A stretch of DNA of 64,000 bases, from positions 9,438-73,437 of the forward strand of contig NIVC01000015.1 of the NCBI GenBank assembly GCA_002269645.1, read 5' to 3'. The stretch's first letter is position 1. Every line of letters starts with the position of its first letter. The stretch is from Macrostomum lignano (Eukaryota). Below, one piece after another: positions 23,805 through 34,900 of this stretch. The notes beneath the pieces were generated by a model, which saw only the letters and a program-made list of their open reading frames with translations, was not told the DNA's origin and ran no database searches. The position numbers and the translations under genes were made by a program.

Positions 23805-26480
23805 GATTCACCCTCTGACCCTCTCCCTCTCTCTGACTCTCACCCTCTCTCTGACACTCATCCTCTCTCTGACTCTCACCCTCTCTCTGACTCTCACCCT
23901 CTCTCTGACTCTCACCCTCTCTCTGACTCTCACCCTCTCTCTGACTCTCACCCTCTCTCTGACTCTCACCCTCTCTCTGACTCTCACCCTCTCTCTGACA
24001 CTCATCCTCTCTCTGACTCTCACCCTCTCTCTGACTCTCACCCTCTCTGACACTCATCCTCTCTCTGACTCTCACCCTCTCTCTGATTCTCACCCTCTCT
24101 CTGACTCTCACCCTCTCTCTGACACTCATCCTCTCTCTGACTCTCACCCTCTCTCTGATTCTCACCCTCTCTCTCTGACTCTTACCCTCTCTCTGACACT
24201 CATCCTCTCTCTGACTCTCACCCTCTCTCTGATTCTCACCCTCTCTCTGACTCTCACCCTCTCTCTGACACTCATCCTCTCTCTGACTCTCACCCTCTCT
24301 CTGATTCTCACCCTCTCTCTCTGACTCTCACCCTCTCTCTGACACTCACCCTCTCTCTGACTCTCACCCTCTCTCTGACTCTCACCCTCTCTCTGACTCT
24401 CACCCTCTCTCTGACTCTCACCCTCTCTCTGACTCTCACCCTCTCTCTGACTCTCACCCTCTCTCTGACTCTCACCCTCTCTCCGACTCTCACCCTCTCT
24501 CTGACTCCCACCCTGTCTCTCTGATTCTCATTATGTCATTCCCTCTTTGATTCTTACCCTCTCTAACAATTAACCTCTTTATCTGACTCTCACTACTCTC
24601 TCTCAGATTTCGACAATTCAAGCCTGTAGGCCGGTGGTCCTTGTGAAGTTTCTGGCCTGCCAATTTTACTGTCCCGATTTGAGTGGTCGTCGGTTCGAGT
24701 TCCGTGACGGCGGCCGGTCACCGGACATGATGAGGGCGCCATCACACCAGGTTTAGTCCTGTCAGATCAGAGCTTGCCGCCTCGTGGAACCAGTTGGCTA
24801 GCAGTTACCCATTTTTTATGCCGGACAATGAGTGACTCAAGGTGACCTTGAGCCAAAATCTGGACTGCCATCTCCCCACAAAACCGACACATTGACAGAC
24901 TACAAGGGTTATGAGGCAGAAAGGTAGCCAGAGAGCGAGAGGGTAAGACTTGGAGAGTGGGGGTAATCAGAGAAGGGTGAGAGTCAGAGAGAGGGTGAGA
25001 GTCAGAGAGAGGCTGAGAGTCAGAGAGAGGGTGAGAGCAGAGAGAGGGTGAGAGTCAGAGGGGGTGAGAGTCAAAGGGGGTGGGAGTCAGAGGGGGTGAC
25101 AATCAGAGAGAGGGTGAGAGTCAGAGAGAGGGTGAGATTTAGAGAGGGTGACAGTCAGAGAGAGTGAGAGTCATAGAGAGGGTGAGAGTCAGAGGGGGTG
25201 AGAGTCAGAGAGAGGCTGAGAGTCAGAGAGAGGCTGAGAGTCAGAGAGAGGCTGAGAGTCAGAAGGGGTGAGAGTCAGAGTGGGTGAGAGTCAGAGAGAG
25301 GCTGAGAGTCAGAGAGAGGCTGAGAGTCAGAAGGGGTGAGAGTCAGAGGGGGTGAGAGTCAGAGAGGGTGAAAGTCGGAGAGGGGTGACAGTCAGAGACA
25401 GTCAGCTTCAGTCTGAACTGAGCTGAGAAGACTTGGCACTCCAATCCAGATTCTGCTTCACGGCCTCCTCTACTGATCAATCTCTGCCCTCATGTTCAAA
25501 TTTCACCGAATAAAAACGGAACAGAAAACAAAGTGGGGATCTTCATGGGAAATTCGATGCCAATGCCCACTGCGTACCGACTCTGATGGGGCGCGTGTTG
25601 ACCCCTGTTGTTGCGCAATCGAGCAAGCAACCCATCGATCTTGGCGCAAAATCTTTTTGAGAGACGGAGCAGCTTTTTGCGTCTGAGACGGCTGGGATTG
25701 ACAGCCAGATGAGCGACTGCGGTTAGACAGAGAGGCGGCCTGGGGCGAAACAAATTCTATAAAAATGAATTGAGATGCCGGTTGTGAAGACAGAAAAGGT
25801 TGATAATTCCAAGATTAAGAGCGATGGATGCGGGGGAGAGTCTGAGTGCCCTCGAGCATAAGAGGAAGGGGTGGGTGTCGAAGAGCTGAGATCAGGGTTG
25901 AATTCAGTGAGAGTGGGTGAGATTCAGAGAGAGGGTGAGAGTCAGAGAGAGGGTGAGAGTCAGAGAGAGGGTGAGAATCAGAGAGAGGGTGAGAATCAGA
26001 GGGAGGTTGAGAGTCAGAGAGAGGGTGAGAGTCAGAGCAAGGGTGAGAATCAGAGAGAGAGGGTGAGAGTCAGAGAGAGGGTGAGAGTCAGAAAGAGGGT
26101 GAGAATCAAAGAGAGGCTGAGAGTCAGAGAGAGGGTGAGAATCAGAGAGAGGGTGAGAGTCAGAGAGAAGGTGAGAGTCAGAGAGAGGCTGAGAGTCACA
26201 GAGGCTGAGAGTCAGAGAGAGAGTGAGAGTCAGAGAGAGGGTGAGAGTCAGAAAGAGGGTGAGAATCAAAGAGAGGCTGAGAGTCAGAGAGAGGGTGAGA
26301 ATAAGAGAGAGGGTGATGTCAAAGAGAGGCTGAGAGTCAGAGAGAGTGTGAGAGTCACAGAGGCTGAGAGTCAGAGAAAGGGTGAGAATCAAAGAGAGGG
26401 TGAGAATCAAAGAGAGGGTGAGAGTGAAAGAGATCGAGAGAGTCAGTCAGGGGGTGAGAGTCAGAGAGTGTGAGAGTCAG
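23805..26480. repeat. Three arrays of one 18-bp unit (GACTCTCACCCTCTCTCT): 23805-24545 in one orientation, 24975-25400 and 25912-26480 inverted
   Basis: The units of the later arrays (AGAGAGAGGGTGAGAGTC) are the exact reverse complement. Confidence 0.9.
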
Positions 26481-29032
26481 ACAGCTGGAGAGAGCTACGT
26501 GGTAGCCAGGCAATGCACCGCAGAGCAAACCATCCTGCATCCCCAGATCGAGAGATAACCAGTCCGCATCGTTAGCCCCGTGATTTAATAATGTCTCGAA
26601 CTCATAATTCTGGTCCAAGAACAGTGTTAGAAATATTCACCAATTCAGATCTCAAGTGCCGAAATCTTATATTCATACAATAGCTGCACTCACGGTATAC
26701 ATAGGGATTCAGCTATAGGCTGGTCCCCCCCGCAGAGACTGACCATCTGCGCATGGCTTGGATGCAGTTTACACACAGATTGGAATTGGCGGGTGCTTTG
26801 CTAACTTTTTTATAATCCCTCTGGGGTGGCCCAGAGAGAGAAGGAATCTCATTCACACGGCTTGTACACGACTGAAAACATCTCAAATTTATGGCGGCAA
26901 GGCGGCACAATTAAAACACTTTTTGAGCTTCTGACTGACGGAATGACACCGGAGGCTTGCAGGCGTCACGTGCGACAGGAGCTGCTTGCGCTTTTTTATG
27001 TAGCACCGAAACGCAGATCCATGCGGCAGAGGCGGGCCGGATAAGCTCTAAAAACACTGGAGGACAAGTCGTAAAAAAATAAGGAAAAATCAGGCAAATT
27101 TGCTCCGCCGAAAGGAGTCATGGACCTTTGGTTGGATTTCTGGAATGGAAGCTGCCGAATATTGGGAGGGGCCAGCCCCCAAAGCGCAGAGAATGTACAT
27201 GCAAGCTTTTCCACTACAGAAGGCAAAATTTGGGCCAGTCCAGATGTTTTAAGTGTCCATTAAGGGACCACCTTGCCGCGACAGAAAGTTGGGGAGAGTC
27301 AGACAGCAGATGGGGCCCCTGCTGTGAGCGTGTCAACCGGTCATTACAGCGATAAAAACATTGTTGAGAGTCGTTGAGGCAGTGGTTCTCCGGCTGGGGG
27401 AGAGATTTCACTTCCCCATCCGGGATGAGGGTAGGAAGCTGCAAATTGATGGCTAGATGGGGAGGAGGTGATGGAGAGCTTCTTAATACGGGCTTTAGAG
27501 ACTCTGAGCCCAGATTCACCCAGTTCAATGCTGCTCAACCCTGCTCAACCTGTTTGACGCACAAATTAACAACTGTGTGAGACTGGCTGTCTATGGCAAA
27601 ACCTCCACAACTGCCTTCACATCTGACATCGAACAAACACCAATTAAATTAAAGTTGCACTTTAACTGATGATAAATTGAGAAGCTTCTCCGACATCATT
27701 TCGTTCGCAACTTCTCAGAGTCTGGAGAGCTCTTCGAAAACCCTTCTGAATTGGAGGAGGTGACAAAGAGAGTTTTAAGGGGAAACAGCGGGTGGGGGGC
27801 ATGGGGGACCCGTAATGAGGGCCCGGGAGACTCCAGCCACCCAGTTGTCAACCCCATAGCAACCGACTTTTTCTAGCAACTGTTGAGCACAGGGAGGAAG
27901 CGCGAGGGATTAGATGGGGATCTATGTTAGGCCTGCAGCAGGTCTCGCGGGACCCGCCCGGCTTTATTGAAGCCTCGCCCGGAGGCGGTGTCGGCGAGGC
28001 CGGTGATTGCCGTCAGTTTCTGGGTAATAGATTTAGGAAGCTGGGACCCGGCCGCTGGGCGATGAAGCGTTGCGCCACCTCAATGCAAAAGCTGTTGCTA
28101 GGCGAGTTTGTGACAGGAAAAGTGGCTGAACGGCTGAAAGAAGATTGAAGGTGCGATAGCTGGGCTAATACGGAAACTTGTGGGTTGCCGTTGCTGCGAG
28201 GACATCTGTCGCCCAGTTAGGCTCAGGCTTAGGGGATCAGGCTCCATCAAATCCAGGTTTTGAGTCACCGCGGCTCGATTTTTTAGAGACCGGCTCAGCA
28301 CGAGCAGCAGCCAAGGAGATTCAAAGAGTCTGGAGCCAACTTCAGTCGAAGGCCCTCAACTTAAGCCAAGCGATCCTGTTGCCACAGTCTTCTGTCTCCT
28401 ATCTCCGTAATGTATTTTTTTCGAAAAAAACCGCCTCTTAAAACTTTCCAAGAAACGTACTTTCCCGTCCGTCTACTTTGAGTAGTCCTTGGTTGCTGTG
28501 TTTGCGCAGCGCTGAATGAGGTTTTGCCATTGACAAATTCAGGCGAGAATGAAACACACGAGAGACAGAGGCAGCTGAAATTATGCCGATATGTTTTGTC
28601 AATATCATCCTTTGCAATTCGAAAGTTCAGAAGTTGAAAACCAGCATCCAGAGAAATCTGCAGGAGAGGCTGCGTCCTGCTATTTTGGTAGTCCATGACT
28701 CTGGTTGGAAGTCCCTGAGCAAAAATGCCAATCGACGGGGGCGAGAAGCAGAATTTGAAGGATTAGTTGCTGAGGTGCCCTGCGGGGCCAGTTGCTCTGT
28801 GCTCCCTCATCACCGCCTGAGCAGTCGGATATTAATGCCACGTGTCAGAGCTGATGGTCCGGCGCCATTAATCAAACCCTGCATTCATTCACAGCTCACT
28901 CGCTTCCGGGCAGCAAAGGTTTTGTATTTGTTGACGGAAATTATGAATACAAATTAATTCCAACCCAGCTAGTGCATTGGGGGGCGTCTTTCGGGGAGGG
29001 GGCCTCGTTTGATGGCGCCAGCACCCTCAAGC

Positions 29033-30076
29033 AGCACCAGAGGCGCCAGCACCAGAGGCGCCAGCACCAGAGGCGCCAGCACCAGAGGCGCCAGCACCAG
29101 AGGCGCCAGCACCAGAGGCGCCAGCACCAGAGGCGCCAGCACCAGAGGCGCCAGCACCAGAGGCGCCAGCACCAGAGGCGCCAGCACCAGAGGCGCCAGC
29201 ACCAGAGGCGCCAGCACCAGAGGCGCCAGCACCAGAGGCGCCAGCACCAGAGGCGCCAGCACCAGAGGCGCCAGCACCAGAGGCGCCAGCACCAGAGGCG
29301 CCAGCACCAGAGGCGCCAGCACCAGAGGCGCCAGCACCAGAGGCGCCAGCACCAGAGGCGCCAGCACCAGAGGCGCCAGCACCAGAGGCGCCAGCACCAG
29401 AGGCGCCAGCACCAGAGGCGCCAGCACCAGAGGCGCCAGCACCAGAGGCGCCAGCACCAGAGGCGCCAGCACCAGAGGCGCCAGCACCAGAGGCGCCAGC
29501 ACCAGAGGCGCCAGCACCAGAGGCGCCAGCACCAGAGGCGCCAGCACCAGAGGCGCCAGCACCAGAGGCGCCAGCACCAGAGGCGCCAGCACCAGAGGCG
29601 CCAGCACCAGAGGCGCCAGCACCAGAGGCGCCAGCACCAGAGGCGCCAGCACCAGAGGCGCCAGCACCAGAGGCGCCAGCACCAGAGGCGCCAGCACCAG
29701 AGGCGCCAGCACCAGAGGCGCCAGCACCAGAGGCGCCAGCACCAGAGGCGCCAGCACCAGAGGCGCCAGCACCAGAGGCGCCAGCACCAGAGGCGCCAGC
29801 ACCAGAGGCGCCAGCACCAGAGGCGCCAGCACCAGAGGCGCCAGCACCAGAGGCGCCAGCACCAGAGGCGCCAGCACCAGAGGCGCCAGCACCAGAGGCG
29901 CCAGCACCAGAGGCGCCAGCACCAGAGGCGCCAGCACCAGAGGCGCCAGCACCAGAGGCGCCAGCACCAGAGGCGCCAGCACCAGAGGCGCCAGCACCAG
30001 AGGCGCCAGCACCAGAGGCGCCAGCACCAGAGGCGCCAGCACCAGAGGCGCCAGCACCAGAGGCGCCAGCACCAGA
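29033..30076. repeat. Perfect 15-bp minisatellite CAGCACCAGAGGCGC
   Basis: About 69 copies with no visible variant. Confidence 0.97.
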
Positions 30077-30506
30077 AATAATTAAGTTTGCTAACTTGTA
30101 AAAACATAAAAAAAACAGCCGATAGAAATTGGTCATTCTCGCATGACTACTGTGAGTAGCATTAACAAAAAGGTGCGATTTAGTGTTTTATATTGCACTG
30201 GTTTCAAAAATGAACCGCTGATACCCTAAGTTTGGTTAAAACGGCATTTGATTTCATCAAACTAAACAGACAGACGCACACAACTATAAATACATGGGAT
30301 AAGCCAATGAAATATGGCATACAGCACTATCTAATCAAAAGAACAATAAGTATAATGTGACAATAAAATGTCAGTGACAAATTCAACGCTGCAAGCAAAA
30401 CATGTGTTGCAAAAAGTTGCCTGTTCAAAGTTATTGTGCTTTTAAAAATAGAAAACAACAAAATTTTGTGGTAATCTAAGCATTATAAATATTTTCGTTG
30501 TTTACA

Positions 30507-31143
30507 ATGTACACTGGAGGACCGCGTGGATTGGGGTAGGGGCTGTTCTGGAGCCAATGTACACTGGAGGACTGCGTGGATAGGGGTGGGGGCTGTTCTG
30601 GAGCCAATGTACACTGAAGGACTGCGTGGATTGGGGTGGGGCTGTTCTGGAGCCAATGTACACTGAAGGACTGCGTGGATTGGGGTGGGGCTGTTCTGGA
30701 GCCAATGTACACTGGAGGACTGCGTGGATTTGGGGATTGGGGTGGGGGCTGTTCTGGAGCCAATGTACACTGGAGGACTGTGTGGATTGGGGTGGGGCTG
30801 TTCTGGAGCCAATGTACACTGGAGGACTGCGTGGATTGGGGTGGGGCTGTTCTGGAGCCAATGTACATTGGAGGACTGCGTGGATTAGGGTTGGGGCTGT
30901 TCTGCAGCCAATGTACACTGGAGGACTGCGTGGATTGGGGTGGGGCTGTTCTGGAGCCAATGTACACTGGAGGACTGCGTGGATTGGGGTGGGGCTGTTC
31001 TGGAGCCAATGTACACTGGAGGACTGCGTGGATTGGGGTGGGGGCTGTTCTGGAGCCAATGTACACTGGAGGACTGCGTGGATTGGGGTGGGGGCTGTTC
31101 TGGAGCCAATGTACACTGAAGGACTGAGTGGATTGGGGTGGGG
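30507..31143. repeat. About 49-bp G-rich minisatellite GGGGCTGTTCTGGAGCCAATGTACACTGGAGGACTGCGTGGATTGGGGT
   Basis: About 13 tandem copies. Confidence 0.92.
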
Positions 31144-31933
31144 CTACTATGGAGCAGCTAGCAGCCACCCACTTCACTGAGTAAACCACTCAGTTACACG
31201 GAGATTCAGCAGACCACAAATAATAGCCTATTTCAGTGTGACACTTATACACAGAGATCATAGACAAATAATGCAAATAACGTACGTATTGTTTTTACAA
31301 AACTAAAACAACGATAAGCACACTGCACTACTGAAAGTAGCTTACGCACACTGCTGCACAAGCAAAGCAGAGGTTTAGAGGTAAAATTTGCTCAATACTC
31401 GTAGAAATACTTTCTTTTAAAAAGCGAGAACAAAAATTAATTTGTTTTCTTGATGTGCCGAGGTACTACTAAAATAAAGCTTAACAATAAGTAGCATAGA
31501 TGCACGCGAACGCTATTATAGTAAATATCAACAATAAAAAATAGCGCTTGTAAACAAAAGTATTTCATAAACAGCGATGAAAAGTATTAGCAAGTTTCAG
31601 TAGGATGAAACCAACAAAATATTGAAAGCTGTCGCAACAGATATCAATTAAGAAAAAGATTTACAACAAATTGCTAAATCTACAAAACTTGCAGCAGGGA
31701 CAGCGCAGTCCATGAAAACTCAAGATTGCACAAATTAATTTACTTCTATTACTCAATTTAAAACTGACTGCCGACTTATTTTTTCGACTACATAATTAAA
31801 CTACACTACTTACTAGCGCTGCGATCAGTAGCATAGTGAGGATAAAACTAAAAAATCTGTTAAAATATTGATTATCGAGGTTTCAAACTGTTGGGCCCCC
31901 TAAAAATACAAAAAGTTCCTGCATCATCATCAG

Positions 31934-34900
31934 CTACTCAGCAGTTCTCTGGCAGGCTCTCAGCAGGCGGCGGCGGGGCGCCAGTGCCGGCTCGGCCAGG
32001 CTGTGAGTGATGTCGAACAGAGACTGGTCGTCGGCAGCCAGCTGGCTCTCAAAGAAGCCGGACTCGCGCGGCGGGCAGGTGGAGGTGAAATTCTCCTCGG
32101 TGACCAGCGGCGCCTGCCGATGGCTCCTGCCGGGGCTGCCGGACTCGTCGCGGGTGTTGGACAGGAACGGCTGCGACTCGTCCTCTGACTGGCCGAGGCG
32201 CCGGCCGCCACCGCTGCCAGCGGCCGAGTTCTTGCACATCGGCGACAGCTCGGACACGTGGGTGGTGCCGCTGCTGTTGTTGTTGCGCCGGCGGAGGCTC
32301 AGCCGCCTGAGCAGGTTTATCAGCGAGGGAATGCTGCCGCCCGAGTTTCCGCTTGACGACTGGGGAGGGGGCAACAGGTGAGGGCTGTGCTTGACTGAGC
32401 CCTGACTACCGGACCAGTAGCTGACACAGTCCTATCCGATCCTGACACATTCCAATCCGATCCTGACACATTCCCATCCGATCCTGAAACATTCCTATCC
32501 GATCCTGACACATTCCTATCCGATTCTGACACATTCCTATCCGATTCTGACACATTCCTATCCGATTCTGACACAGTCCTATCCGATTCTGACACAGTCC
32601 TATTTGATCCTGACACATTCCAATCCGATCCTGACACAGTCCTATCCGATCCTGACACATTCCAATCCGATCCTGACACATTCCTATCCGATCCTGACAC
32701 ATTCCTATCCGATTCTGACACATTCCTATCCGATCCTGACACATTCCTATCCGATTCTGACACATTCCTATCCGATTCTGACACATTCCTATCCGATTCT
32801 GACACATTCCTATCCGATCCTGACACATTCATATCTGATCCTGACACATTCCAATTCGATTCTGACACATTCCTATCCGATCCTGACACATTCCTATCCG
32901 ATCCTGACACATTCCTATCCGATTCTGACACATTCCTATCCGATTCTGACACATTCCTATCCGATTCTGACACATTCCTATCCGATCCTGACACATTCAT
33001 ATCTGATCCTGACACATTCCAATTCGATTCTGACACATTCCTATCCGATCCTGACACAGTCCTATCCGATTCTGACACATTCCTATCCGATCCTGACACA
33101 TTCCTATCCGATTCTGACACATTCCTATCCGATTCTGACACATTCCTATCCGATCCTGACACAGTCTATCCGATTCTGACACATTCCTATTCGATTCTGA
33201 CACATTCCTATCCAATCCTGACACATTCCTAACCGATTCTGACACATCTCTAACCGATTCTGACACATCTCTAACCGATTCTGACACATCTCTAACCGAT
33301 TCTGACACATCTCTAACCGATTCTGACACATCTCTAACCGATTCTGACACATCTCTAACCGATCCTGACACATCTCTAACCGATTCTGACACATCTCTAA
33401 CCGATTCTGACACATCTCTAACCGATTCTGACACATTTCCCTCAGAGCTGACACATGAACTGCCACACCAGTAAGCCCCCAGAGCTCACCTTGGCATTCC
33501 CGGCAGAGTTCACCTTGGCCTTCCTATTCGCATTGTTGGCATTCTTTGACTGCCCCGAGCTGCCTGTGCCGCTCATCCTGGCGTGTCGCCGATTCTGCAG
33601 CCAAGCCCTGAGGCACTGCGGCGTGCACCGGCTCTGCAGCAGACACTTCTCCCAGCCGTCCCGGATCCGGTCGTGAGCGAATATTTGAGTGAAAAAGATG
33701 AAGCAGCCTTGCAGACCGTTGAGCAAAGTGAAAGCGTAGTGCAGCGCCACGAACAGGTGAGTCTGGGCAAAGTAGAACAGCAGGCCCAGCAACCAGGTCA
33801 GGCCAAGCAGGCCGGCCAGTGTCACGGACAGCTTCACCTGACGCCGAAGGTACGGCAGCAGGTCCGGCTTCGGGCAGCGGACGGCGTCGCGCTGGGTGAG
33901 CTTGACAAGCACGATGACGAAGACCAGGAGGTTGGCCAGGCACACCAGCAGCATGGGGGCCAGGAAGGCGTAGTTGGTGCCCAGCTCCTCGGACAGCCAG
34001 CACGCCTTTGGCGCCGGGGTGGCCGAGTCCGAGGCCAGGTCGGGCGACTCCAGCTGGATGAGCTGCCGGTGCCGCAGGCCGGCTGTGATGGCCACAATGA
34101 CCGCTGGGGCGGCGTAGCTCAGCAGGCAGTAGTGCCAGAACTTCACCTGGCGGAGCCGGCAGAGTTGGACAGAAAACTTACTTATTTATTGCTGCTTTCT
34201 ATACATATCGGGTGGGAGCTTGCGACTCACAGACTCAGGCTAGCCTGAGTCCCGTAGCTTCTAAACTCACCTTTATCCCGACTAATCTCACATCTATTCC
34301 GTCTAATCTCTCCCCTATCCCGTCTAATCTCACCTCTACTCCGTCTAATCTCACCTCTTTTCCGTCTAATCTCTCCCTAATCCCGTCTTATCTCTCCTCA
34401 ATCTCATCTAATCTCACCCTATCCCTTCTAGTCTCACCTCTATTCCGTCTAATCTCACCCTATCCCTTCTCGGCTCACCTCTATTCCGTCTAATCTCACC
34501 CTATCCCTTCTAGTCTCACCTCTATTCCGTCTAATCTCACCCTATCCCTTCTCGGCTCACCTCTATTCCGTCTAATCTCAACCAGTTCCATTTAATTTCA
34601 CCCCCATCTAATCTCACCTCTATTCTGACTAATCTCACCCCTATCCCGTCTAATCGCACCCCAATCCCGTCTAACCTTATCCCTTCAACTCTATCCATTC
34701 CCATCCTTCCCCACACAGTCTAATCTCGCAATCCTTAGCTCACCTTAGCAAACGCGGAGTCCACTCCTGGCAGCACAACAATGAGACTCTTGGCGTACAT
34801 CACGCCCTCGCACAGCAGCCAGCAGAACACGCAGAGCAGAGCGTACAGAGTCAGGCCGGACAGAATCTGACAGCCTAGGTGGCCGAGAGCGGCAGGCGGA

